A program made the translations under genes and the position numbers. From a virus (taxonomy: Duplodnaviria > Caudoviricetes): 41,304 nt of DNA. The stretch spans positions 1 through 41,304 of the IMG/VR virus record IMGVR_UViG_3300044518_000009. One strand, written 5' to 3'. The first letter of the stretch is position 1; each line of letters starts with the position of its first letter. Shown here one piece after another: positions 15,683-23,926 of the stretch. The notes under the pieces were generated by a model. That model was not told the DNA's origin and made no database searches. It saw nothing but the letters and a program-made list of their open reading frames with translations.

Positions 15683-15978
15683 TCTGCCGGGCGGGTGACA
15701 TAAACCCCGTAGCCGTGCCCGTAGCGGCGCACAGAGGCCCGTTCAGGACGGCGCGTGAGGGTGTAGAAGCGGGCGAGATCATCGCACAGCCGGACAGCGT
15801 CAGCCCGGGACAGGCAGGGAGACCGAAGCTCTGTGATCATGCCGCCGATCGTAGGTCTCGGCGCCGACACGGGGCATCCGCCGGAAGTCGCACAGGAAGG
15901 TCACAGGCAGGATACGGAGCCGGTCTCAGTCTGTCTGATTAAGCGTCAGAACCGTTTGTAAGCCGGTAGTCTGCGCAC

Positions 15979-16353
15979 ATGATCGTGATTGAGCACGAAC
16001 CAGCCTGGTTCACCCCACGACGTGAACTCTCGGCGGCTTATGGCGCCGTTCTCGATGTGCAGCCCCGGTACCGCGTAGTTCGGCTCCGGGAAACCCGGAG
16101 AAGGCCGAGTGGTGGTGCGCATCGTGCAGCGTGGTTCATCCGGGATTGCATGATCCCCGGAACAGCCCCGGCAAGTCTCGGCGACCAACCCCTTCGCTTC
16201 CACAGCGAGCGGGCTGCAAACAGGTGGCTGGCTTGGTGCGTGTCCGTGTGGAGGGGGCAGGGGGAGGACGTACTCCGGGCTCAGACCGAGATTCCCGACG
16301 ACTGGTGGGCAGGCGGACAGGCACGCTGGCTGGCTAGCTGGAGTGCGGCGTAG
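15979..16353 (+). CDS. Hypothetical Trp-rich protein, possibly leaderless
   Basis: 124-aa ORF; TAGTCT -10-like hexamer 6 nt before ATG and no RBS. Confidence 0.55.
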   Translation: MIVIEHEPAWFTPRRELSAAYGAVLDVQPRYRVVRLRETRRRPSGGAHRAAWFIRDCMIPGTAPASLGDQPLRFHSERAANRWLAWCVSVWRGQGEDVLRAQTEIPDDWWAGGQARWLASWSAA

Positions 16354-16420
16354 GGCCCTGCACAGGTGAACCCCGTCTAGGCGCTGGGCATGCGGTTCCT
16401 CGTTCTCCGGCAGCAAATGC

Positions 16421-16494
16421 GCAGGTCAGCTACAATGCTCATGTGCGCATGCCGCCTCAGTTACATGCGCACATGAGCATGTACGATGACCTGC
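16421..16494. other. Putative attP
   Basis: Perfect 17-bp inverted repeat ATGCTCATGTGCGCATG-N12-CATGCGCACATGAGCAT (16435-16480) with outer GCAGGTCA/TGACCTGC, directly upstream of the serine integrase. Confidence 0.75.
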
Positions 16495-16525
16495 ACAAAC
16501 GCGCAGGTGACAGCCGGAGGGGTTC

Positions 16526-18016
16526 GTGGACGAGATCGACCTGTACCTACGCAAGTCCAAGGTAGTACGCGAGGAAGACCCCCGAGATCTGACGTCGATC
16601 ATGGCGCAGGAAGAGTTGGGGCGGCGCTGGGCCGCACGAAACGGCTACCGGGTCCGGCACGTGTGGGTGGACAACCTGAGCGCGTGGAGCGACGTCAAGC
16701 GACCCGAATTCGATAAAGCTCTCGCGGCAATTATGCTCCTTGAAGTAAAAGCGCTGTGGTGTTTCGCGCTGGATCGGTTCACCCGAAAGGGCATTGACGA
16801 TATCGGCCCCGTGCTCGGCCGGGCGCGCGTCATTTTCGACTACGAGGGGCTGGATAGCTCCATCGAGCGTGACCGGCGGTGGATCATCGACCGCGCAGAA
16901 CAGGCGCGCGAATACTCGATGCGGCTCAGTTATAACGTGCGCACCACCAAAGCTAGCCAGCAGAAGTCCGGAAAGTGGCTCGGAAAAGCGCCGTACGGCC
17001 TTGAAATCGACGACCCGAAAACCCGCAAGCTCAAGCACAACAACGAGTGGCCGACAGTGTTGCGCATTGTGCAAGAAATCGCCGACGGGTCATCGGGAAG
17101 GAAATTGTGCTTCCGTATGAATGCCGAAGGAATCCCCTCACCCTCCGGCGGTAAATGGCAGTCCTCCACCGTTTCCCGCATCATCAACAACCCGGTGTAC
17201 GAGGGGTGGCAGGTCGTCAATCAGCGCGGCAACCCGGGCAACGCGACGGTCTTCCGCAATGAAAATGGCGAGCGGGTGTCGGTATTCGCGGAGGGTTACG
17301 ACCCGATTCCGCCGGAGTTGCTGGCCAAGGCGCGCGCAGTTATGACGGGACATTTGGTAATGCCTCCGCGCACCGGCGAGCCACGCACAAGGCATCTCCT
17401 TACCGACCTAACGCGCTGTGAAGGCTGCACGGGCGCACTCCCCTGCGAGGGGCGTAGCCACGTCTGCTCGGCACACAAAATCGGAAAGGGATGCCCTGCA
17501 CCCACTACGGTTTTGCGGACCCTGTTGGAGGATTACATCAGGGACGCGTGGGTGTCCCGACTGAAAGCGGCAGATGACGGGGATCCTCTCTTGAAAGCCG
17601 TGGCGGAGCGCTACGCGGCACTCAGGGACCCGAAGACGTCGGCGGAAGCCGAGGAAGCCATAGCGGCGTTCAAGACTGCCGAGGCGGCCGTTCAGCGGCT
17701 CGTGGACCAGATGGCAGCAGGTATGTACGACCCGCCGTTTGATACGCACCTGCCCCGGTTGCAGGAGGAAGCACGGGCGGCGCTGATCGTGGCTAAGGCT
17801 CGAATGGAAAAGATCATGCCGCAGAGTGTTGACATCTCGTTCCTTCGGGAACCAGAAACGGCATATGCCGCATGGGACGGCGCATCACCGCAACTTCGGC
17901 GCGAACTCGTGAGGCTGGCTATCCGGAAGATCTACGTTTCCAAGGCGGAGGCTAGGTTCAAGCCGTTTGACGGTCCGTCGCGCGTGCGGATCGTATGGCA
18001 CGGCAGCGCAGAGTGA
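16526..18016 (+). CDS. int: Large serine integrase
   Basis: YLRKS catalytic motif, SAW..RPEF, LDRFTR, GKAPYG, NP.Y.G recombinase domain, Zn ribbon CEGC..C..C, coiled coil; GGAGGGG RBS. Confidence 0.95.
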   Translation: MDEIDLYLRKSKVVREEDPRDLTSIMAQEELGRRWAARNGYRVRHVWVDNLSAWSDVKRPEFDKALAAIMLLEVKALWCFALDRFTRKGIDDIGPVLGRARVIFDYEGLDSSIERDRRWIIDRAEQAREYSMRLSYNVRTTKASQQKSGKWLGKAPYGLEIDDPKTRKLKHNNEWPTVLRIVQEIADGSSGRKLCFRMNAEGIPSPSGGKWQSSTVSRIINNPVYEGWQVVNQRGNPGNATVFRNENGERVSVFAEGYDPIPPELLAKARAVMTGHLVMPPRTGEPRTRHLLTDLTRCEGCTGALPCEGRSHVCSAHKIGKGCPAPTTVLRTLLEDYIRDAWVSRLKAADDGDPLLKAVAERYAALRDPKTSAEAEEAIAAFKTAEAAVQRLVDQMAAGMYDPPFDTHLPRLQEEARAALIVAKARMEKIMPQSVDISFLREPETAYAAWDGASPQLRRELVRLAIRKIYVSKAEARFKPFDGPSRVRIVWHGSAE

Positions 18017-18030
18017 CCTAGACAGCACAG

Positions 18031-18066
18031 AGCCCCCGAGACAGTGTCGATGCCTCGGGGGCTTTG
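18031..18066 (+). terminator. Terminator-like hairpin after the integrase
   Basis: AGCCCCCGAG...CTCGGGGGCT followed by TTG. Confidence 0.65.
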
Positions 18067-18320
18067 CTACGCCGTCCCGCCCGTGGTGACTGTCGAGGGA
18101 CAGCGCCCGGCACGGGGTCTTAGACGGCCTGTCAGACATCCCATGCGGCACCGTCACCACGGACGGCAGTGAGGCCAGCCTGCGGCAGTGAGGGACGCTT
18201 TGCATGTATGCAGAACGCCGCATACCTATGAAATATCACATGTCACGTGATACAGCGATGACGCGGGTGACGACACCGACAGCGAGGGTGGTCGACGACA
18301 CCCCCTCGGGCCTGCACGTT

Positions 18321-18414
18321 GATGACGAGTGACGAACTACTACTCATCTGAGGTATATCCCTATACATATAAGGCTCCATACCCAGATTCGCATCACGGT
18401 CGTCACTCATCACC
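18321..18414. other. AT-cored inverted-repeat element B (inverted homolog of 1793-1889)
   Basis: GATGACGAGTGACGA...TCGTCACTCATCAC around CCTATACATATAAGG. Confidence 0.5.
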
Positions 18415-18526
18415 GCCCCACTTTCGCCGTCCGCGCCAATTCGCTGCCCTCTAGTACTGCCACGGCGGAACTACCGCGCACACACGAAACGACGTTCGGC
18501 GGTCCGCGTGTCCGCCGTCCAATTCT

Positions 18527-18586
18527 CCCGCTGGCGCTCCCGGGTCGATGCCCTCTCTCCCATCCCCGGTTCTGAGCGCTGGCGGG
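18527..18586 (+). ncRNA. Long hairpin with anti-Shine-Dalgarno-like loop (candidate sRNA)
   Basis: CCCGCTGGCGCTC/GAGCGCTGGCGGG, CCGGG/CCCGG and GATG/CATC stems with loop CCCTCTCTCC. Confidence 0.3.
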
Positions 18587-18649
18587 CACTTTGTGGGGTA
18601 GCTCCCCTTGCGGATTCTGAGAGTGGCGACGGCTGGCCTTGGATTCGTA

Positions 18650-18721
18650 GGTCCCTTGGTGTAATGGCAAGCACCCCTCCTTGACCGGGAGGTAGTGCCG
18701 GTTCGAGTCCGGCAGGGATCC
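18650..18721 (+). tRNA. tRNA-like gene, anticodon GAC (Val?) on a Gln-like body, atypical loop
   Basis: Acceptor GGTCCCT/AGGGATC; D GTGT/GCAC; anticodon stem CCTCC/GGAGG with loop TTGACCG; T GCCGG-TTCGAGT-CCGGC; no encoded CCA. Confidence 0.75.
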
Positions 18722-18779
18722 CGCGCGCAGCAGCAAGGTACCGAGGCATTTGCCGGGGTCTGTATCGAAAGCCTTGCAT

Positions 18780-18852
18780 GGCCGCTTAGCCCAATGGCAG
18801 AGGCGCAGCGCTTAGAACGCTGAAGTTCCCGGTTCGAGTCCGGGAGTGGCTA
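18780..18852 (+). tRNA. tRNA-Leu(TAG), short variable loop
   Basis: Acceptor GGCCGCT/AGTGGCT plus A73; anticodon arm CAGCG-CTTAGAA-CGCTG; T CCCGG-TTCGAGT-CCGGG. Confidence 0.9.
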
Positions 18853-18864
18853 CGTAGTGACTAC

Positions 18865-18886
18865 CTTCACCCAAATTTGGGTGAAG
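18865..18886. repeat. 22-bp palindrome copy 5
   Basis: Exact match, 12 bp after tRNA-Leu. Confidence 0.97.
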
Positions 18887-18913
18887 CTCCCTGCGTGCCG
18901 TGGATGGTCTCTC

Positions 18914-19264
18914 ATGCCGACTTGCCTTGCCTGCCAGTCACCGGCGACCCACAGGGGACGCTGCAAGGCATGTTGGACGGCCTATGAGGCGCGACCCGCT
19001 ATCCGTGCCCGCCGTAAGCGTGCTGCCGCCATTGCGCGCGGAAATGACGCCGCTGCCCGCAAGCGCGCTGAGATTCGCGAAGCCGGATGGGGTGCATGCG
19101 CTGCCTGCCCGGCCCTTGTCCTGCCATCTGCTGTGGACGTGGATCACATTCTTCCGCTGGCCAAGGGTGGCGAGGATATTGATTCCAATATTCAGGTGCT
19201 GTGTAGGCCGTGCCATAAGGCCAAGACACGGCGGGATTTCGACTATAAGGCTCTGCCGTTTTAG
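18914..19264 (+). CDS. HNH endonuclease
   Basis: CAAC..VDHILPLAKGG..NIQVLCRPCHKAKT. Confidence 0.88.
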   Translation: MPTCLACQSPATHRGRCKACWTAYEARPAIRARRKRAAAIARGNDAAARKRAEIREAGWGACAACPALVLPSAVDVDHILPLAKGGEDIDSNIQVLCRPCHKAKTRRDFDYKALPF

Positions 19265-19272
19265 GAGGGTCA

Positions 19273-19608
19273 ATGCCTAAGCGGCCTTGTCTTATTTGCG
19301 GCAGACTTACCAGCAACCCATCTAGGTGCGATACCCATCAGGCGGAATATTTTTCGGCTCAGAATAGGCGCCGTGGTAGTTCTACAGCGCGTGGTTACGG
19401 TTCTCAATGGCGCGCTGTGGCCAAGGCTGTAATAGCTCGGCATAGGGCTGTATACGGCAACTGGTGTATGGGCTACAAGGTAGAACCTCATGCCAGCAGT
19501 GATCTCACGGTGGATCACATTGTGCCTAAGGCTGCTGGTGGGACCGACAGTCTCAGCAACCTCCGAGTCCTCTGCCGAGGCTGCAACAGCCGAAAGCGGG
19601 ATGGCTGA
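19273..19608 (+). CDS. HNH endonuclease (terminase-associated type)
   Basis: MPKRPCLICG..C..H, RGYGSQW, LTVDHIVPKAAGGTD..NLRVLCRGCNSRK; AGGAGG RBS; adjacent to the putative cos and terS. Confidence 0.9.
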   Translation: MPKRPCLICGRLTSNPSRCDTHQAEYFSAQNRRRGSSTARGYGSQWRAVAKAVIARHRAVYGNWCMGYKVEPHASSDLTVDHIVPKAAGGTDSLSNLRVLCRGCNSRKRDG

Positions 19609-19746
19609 GCCGGACGGCGTTGCGCTGTGCCTCACCTGAGGTGACCTCCCACCCGTTTTGATGCGTGTTACTTAGTGTGACTCCCAAAACGGACATTAGG
19701 GGGCATGGGGGGGCGTATCAATCTCTGGTTGCTCACGCTCCGGGGA

Positions 19747-19757
19747 CCCGGCCCCCA
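19747..19757. other. Putative cos site
   Basis: CCCGGCCCCCA between HNH and terS; resembles the CCCGGCCCCA 3' overhang I recall for phiC31. Confidence 0.55.
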
Positions 19758-19800
19758 TGGGGAAAAACACGGCCGCGAAATTATGACCCGGGGGGTGTCG

Positions 19801-20271
19801 ATGGTCGCTGGTCGTCCACCCGTCCCGAACGAGCGAAAGCGCAAGCTGGGCAACCCCGGACGGCGCGCGCTCCCCGACGTTGCCTCTGTAACGGCCGTGG
19901 AGGGGGTCCAGACGGCCGCACCGACGCACCTGGGCCCAGAGGGTCAACGCATGTACGAACGCGTCACAGCGGGCGCTGCGTGGCTTGCCGAGACTGACGG
20001 CCCAACGCTTGAGTTGCTGTGCGAGAAGCTCGACCGTCTCGCCGACTTCCGCGCTCTGCTGGCTGAGTCCTCCGCCGTGCTCTACACCGACAAGGGCTAC
20101 GCCTACGCACACCCGGTAGTCGGCATGATTTCGACTACCGAAACAGAGATTTCGAAGCTCTTTTCAATGCTGGGGCTTTCGCCGACCGACCGAACCCGAA
20201 TGGGCCTGGCTGAGGTGAAGGCCCGCAACGCGTTTGAGGAGATGTTGGCCAAGCGATCCGCCAGGGAGTGA
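19801..20271 (+). CDS. terS: Terminase small subunit (P27-like)
   Basis: GRPPVP..K.KLGNPGRR, HP, LGLSPTDRTRM motifs. Confidence 0.9.
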   Translation: MVAGRPPVPNERKRKLGNPGRRALPDVASVTAVEGVQTAAPTHLGPEGQRMYERVTAGAAWLAETDGPTLELLCEKLDRLADFRALLAESSAVLYTDKGYAYAHPVVGMISTTETEISKLFSMLGLSPTDRTRMGLAEVKARNAFEEMLAKRSARE

Positions 20272-20274
20272 CCG

Positions 20275-21789
20275 TTGCTTGCTCCCTTGTACCTCACCCC
20301 GGTGGACGAGGCTGATATCACCCGTGGTGACGGCGCAGACTTCGGGGACTTCACGCAGTTTCTCCGGGTAACCAAAGACTCCGTGGGTGGCAGCGCCGGT
20401 GAGCCTATGGTGATGCGCGATTGGCAGACTGCCATGATGCGACGCCTGTTCGCCAGGAAGCCAAATGGTCGCCTCAAGCATCGACAAGCCTTGATCGGCG
20501 TTCCCCGCAAGAACGGGAAATCCGCTCTCGGCGCCGGTGTCGCGCTGTATGGCCTGGCTTTTGGCCCGCGCGGTGGTGAAGTGTTCTCCTGCGCTGCCGA
20601 TAAAGAACAGGCGAGGATCGTTTTCGGCACCGCGAAGAAAATGATTGAGCTGGAACCTCAGTTCTCAAATCTCTTCAAGTGCTATCGCGACGCGATTGAG
20701 CTTCCGGCGACCGGCAGCGTGTATCGCGTTCTCTCGGCCGAGGCATTTACCAAAGAGGGTCTGAATCCTCACCTCGTTCTTTTTGATGAGGTCCATGCGC
20801 AGCCAAATCGCGAACTATGGGACGTGATGGCGCTTGCCACTGGCGCCCGCACCGAGCCTCTTTTGGTCGGAATTACGACCGCCGGGGTTAAGTCGGATTC
20901 TACGGGCGGCGACAGCCTGTGCTACAGCATGTGGCAGTACGGCTGCAAGGTCGCCAGCGGCGAAATCGACGACCCCACGTTCTATTTTGAGTGGTGGGGT
21001 GCCCGGGAGGACTCGGACCACCGCGACCCTGCGACGTGGGCCGGTGCAAATCCCGGCTTTGGCGACATTGTCTCTGAGGACGACTTTCACAGCGCTGTTC
21101 TGCGGACGCCGGAAGCCGAATTTCGCACGAAAAGGCTTAATCAATGGGTTTCAACAGCGCAAGCCTGGTTGCCCGCCGGTGCTTGGGAAGCGTGTGCCGA
21201 TACATCCGTGACTATTCCCGATGGGTCCGAAGTCTGTATCGGATTTGATGGCTCGTTTTCGAACGACAGCACTGCACTCTGCGTCGTCTCCTGCCCGTCC
21301 AGCGAGGATGACAAACCCCATGTAGACGTGGTCGCCGCGTGGGAGAAGCCGCAAGGAAGCGGCCAAGGCTGGACAGTCCCGATCGTCAACGTTGAGGACG
21401 AAATCCGCGCTGCTTGCCGCCGCTGGCAGGTTCGGGAGATCGTGTGTGACCCCTTTCGCTGGGCTCGCACCTATCAGGTTCTCGAATCCGAGGGTTTGCC
21501 GGTTGTGGAGTTTCCGCAGTCTCCCTCGCGAATGATCCCGGCCACCACGCGCTTTTTCGAGGCCGTGATGAACAAGTCTCTGACGCATTCTGGGGACCCC
21601 CGCTTGGCGCGACATCTGTCGAACTGCATTATTCGCACGGATGCGCGCGGGTCACGGCTGGCCAAGGAAACCCGGGATTCGCCCCGGAAGATTGACCTGG
21701 CAATCGCCGCCGTAATGGGCCTAGAGCGAGCCTGCCAAGAGCCAGAGCGAGAGCCGGTGGCCCAGTTCTGGTCATGGGCTGACCTGTAG
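20275..21789 (+). CDS. terL: Terminase large subunit
   Basis: Walker A PRKNGKS, Walker B LVLFDEVH, ITTAG, GFDGS..D, KIDLAIA. Confidence 0.96.
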   Translation: MLAPLYLTPVDEADITRGDGADFGDFTQFLRVTKDSVGGSAGEPMVMRDWQTAMMRRLFARKPNGRLKHRQALIGVPRKNGKSALGAGVALYGLAFGPRGGEVFSCAADKEQARIVFGTAKKMIELEPQFSNLFKCYRDAIELPATGSVYRVLSAEAFTKEGLNPHLVLFDEVHAQPNRELWDVMALATGARTEPLLVGITTAGVKSDSTGGDSLCYSMWQYGCKVASGEIDDPTFYFEWWGAREDSDHRDPATWAGANPGFGDIVSEDDFHSAVLRTPEAEFRTKRLNQWVSTAQAWLPAGAWEACADTSVTIPDGSEVCIGFDGSFSNDSTALCVVSCPSSEDDKPHVDVVAAWEKPQGSGQGWTVPIVNVEDEIRAACRRWQVREIVCDPFRWARTYQVLESEGLPVVEFPQSPSRMIPATTRFFEAVMNKSLTHSGDPRLARHLSNCIIRTDARGSRLAKETRDSPRKIDLAIAAVMGLERACQEPEREPVAQFWSWADL

Positions 21790-21793
21790 CGAC

Positions 21794-21815
21794 CTTCACC
21801 CAAATTTGGGTGAAG
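21794..21815. repeat. 22-bp palindrome copy 6
   Basis: Exact match, 4 bp after the terL stop. Confidence 0.97.
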
Positions 21816-21827
21816 CTAGGAGGGCGT

Positions 21828-21992
21828 GTGAAGCGCAATAGTCCGCACGTCGTCCGGCGTGTGTTGTCCGAGATTGCCGACGTGGCCGGTATTGGGTGCC
21901 TCGTAGGTGCTGCGTGGAGTTGGCATATCGCCGCCGGGGTTGCGTTGCTGGGCGTGGCGCTGCTGGTGGTCGGTTGGGTGATAGACCGGTGA
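21828..21992 (+). CDS. Small membrane protein between terL and portal
   Basis: GTG after AGGAGG; two hydrophobic segments. Confidence 0.7.
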   Translation: MKRNSPHVVRRVLSEIADVAGIGCLVGAAWSWHIAAGVALLGVALLVVGWVIDR

Positions 21993-23233
21993 GCCTGTTT
22001 CGTCGTGCGCTAGAAAAGCGCGTCTATGCCCCGTCCGGTGGTGGTGACCCGTGGGCCATTCCGACCAACGGCAGTCTCGCCGCTGTGACTTCGGCCGGTG
22101 TTCCGGTCACTGAAGATACGGCGATGCAGCTGATCGCGGTGTCCGCCTGCGTTCGTATCCTGTCCGACGCCGTTTCCGGCCTGCCGTTCGACGCTGTGCG
22201 GGCGCAGGGTGAGATCCGGAAGACGCTTGAGCCCCCTCCAGCCGTTATCGCCGACCCGTTCGGTGGTGCGAACGACACCAGGTATCCGACTCGCCGTCTT
22301 GGCCTGGCCCAGATCATGGTGTCGCTGCTGCTGCGGGGAAACGCCTACTGCCTCGTGCTGGCCCGGGATCATCTCGGTCGACCGGTTCGACTGCGCGTGC
22401 TCCACCCCGACCGGATAAAGTGCGAATTCAATGCTCAGGGTGAGCGCGTCTACGAGGTGGACCGAAAGCCGGTGGATTCCGGCGACATCGTCCACATTAT
22501 GGGCATGTGCTTCCCGGAAAGTCCGACCGGCATTAGCGTTATTGAGCATGCTCGGCAGAGTATCGGACTCGGTCTCGCTGCTGAGGAATTCGGGGCACGC
22601 TTTTTCGGTAGTGGCGCCCACATGAGCGGAATTGTGCACGTCCCCGGGGATCTAGACAAGGAGCGCGCACGTCAACTCAAGGAAAGCTTCACTGCGTCTC
22701 ATGGCGGCCTGAGAAATGCCCATACGGTTGGTGTTCTAAGCGGCGGCGCCGAGTGGAAGCCGATTTCGGTAACGCCGGACGATGCGCAATTCCTGGGGAC
22801 CCGGGCCGCGCAAAACTTGGATATGGCGATGCTGTTTGGTATTCCACCGCACATGCTCGGCCAAGTGGATAAAACCACATCCTGGGGTACCGGTATTGAG
22901 CAGCAAGGCTTGGCGTTCCTCGCCTACACGCTGTCCCCGTGGCTCGGCCGGATTGAAGACGCGTGGTCGGCGATGCTGCCGAAGCCTCATACGGCCCGCT
23001 TCAATGTGGATGCGCTTTTGCGGACGGATGCCGCCGGTCGATACGCGGTGTACGGCGCTGCCCGAAGCGCTGGAATCCTCACGCAGAACGAAATCCGCGC
23101 GCTGGAGAACTTTGGCCCGGTCGACGGCGGCGACGACATCGCGGCCCCGTTGAACAGCAATGTGAAACCAATGAAGGATTCCGAGGCTAGTTCCTCGGCT
23201 CCAAAGGCTGACGCTCTGGGGGCGGTGCTGTGA
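21989..23233 (+). CDS. Portal protein (HK97 family)
   Basis: V.ACV.ILSDAVS.LP, SLLLRGNAY, LHPDR, GIS.I, FGIPPHMLG..TSWGTGIEQQ, NEIRALEN. Confidence 0.95.
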   Translation: MSLFRRALEKRVYAPSGGGDPWAIPTNGSLAAVTSAGVPVTEDTAMQLIAVSACVRILSDAVSGLPFDAVRAQGEIRKTLEPPPAVIADPFGGANDTRYPTRRLGLAQIMVSLLLRGNAYCLVLARDHLGRPVRLRVLHPDRIKCEFNAQGERVYEVDRKPVDSGDIVHIMGMCFPESPTGISVIEHARQSIGLGLAAEEFGARFFGSGAHMSGIVHVPGDLDKERARQLKESFTASHGGLRNAHTVGVLSGGAEWKPISVTPDDAQFLGTRAAQNLDMAMLFGIPPHMLGQVDKTTSWGTGIEQQGLAFLAYTLSPWLGRIEDAWSAMLPKPHTARFNVDALLRTDAAGRYAVYGAARSAGILTQNEIRALENFGPVDGGDDIAAPLNSNVKPMKDSEASSSAPKADALGAVL

Positions 23234-23925
23234 CAGGTCTAGCAAGTAGGGCACAGCGCCGGGGTGTGGTCGAGAACCGACAGACGGCATTTCGAGACGT
23301 AGCGCTTCGGTCACACGCCGACGGCACCGGCGGGGAGAATCTGCGATTTACCGGCTACGCGTCCGTGACTGAAACCCCGTACGAAATGAACGATTGGCTC
23401 GGTGAGTACACCGAGGTGGTTCGTCGTGGGGCGTTCACTAAGACGCTGTCCGAAGGTGCCGATGTGCCGTTCAAGGTGAATCACGACGGCATCACGTTGG
23501 CGCGGACGAAGTCGGGCACTATGCGCCTCTCTGAGGACTCCACCGGGCTTTATGTCGAGGCGGACCTAGACCCCAGTTCCCCGGCTGTCCAGACGCTTCG
23601 CAGTGCGATGGAGCGCGGCGACCTCGATGAGATGAGCTTTGGCTTTCGGGTCACGCGGCAGGAGTGGAGCCCGGACTACACGCAGCGGGATATCACCGAG
23701 GTGAACCTATCCAAGGGTGATGTCTCCGTGGTCAACTATGGCGCAAATCCGGCCACTGGCGGTCTGACCAGCCTGCGTGGGCGTGACCTTGAGATGCTGC
23801 TGCGGGATGTTCCGCCGGAGCGTCTGCGACAGTACCTAGAGGGACTCGAAGCCCCCGTCGACCCAGCGGCCCGCGCCGTCGACCTATCGCTGTACTCCGC
23901 CCGCCTTAGGGCACTGAACGTCTGA
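23230..23925 (+). CDS. HK97-family prohead protease
   Basis: FTGYASV, E.VRRGAF.KTL, NHD, GDLDEMSFGFRV, DVSVVNYGANPAT. Confidence 0.93.
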   Translation: MTGLASRAQRRGVVENRQTAFRDVALRSHADGTGGENLRFTGYASVTETPYEMNDWLGEYTEVVRRGAFTKTLSEGADVPFKVNHDGITLARTKSGTMRLSEDSTGLYVEADLDPSSPAVQTLRSAMERGDLDEMSFGFRVTRQEWSPDYTQRDITEVNLSKGDVSVVNYGANPATGGLTSLRGRDLEMLLRDVPPERLRQYLEGLEAPVDPAARAVDLSLYSARLRALNV

Positions 23926-23926
23926 G

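Noticed and set aside
16919-16944. attP-like sequence ATGCGGCTCAGTTATAACGTGCGCAC inside the integrase gene
   Set aside because: Only CTCAGTTA and TGCGCAC match, with altered spacing and no inverted arms; consistent with chance.
18732-18777. Possible ribozyme between the two tRNAs (GCAAGGT/GCCTTGC stem, GAAA)
   Set aside because: No CUGANGA core or NUH junction, and I could not fit an HDV-like fold; at most a spacer stem.
20266-20277. terS-terL stop-codon read-through (same frame, TGA CCG TTG)
   Set aside because: terL has its own AGGGAG RBS before TTG; same-frame adjacency is expected one time in three.
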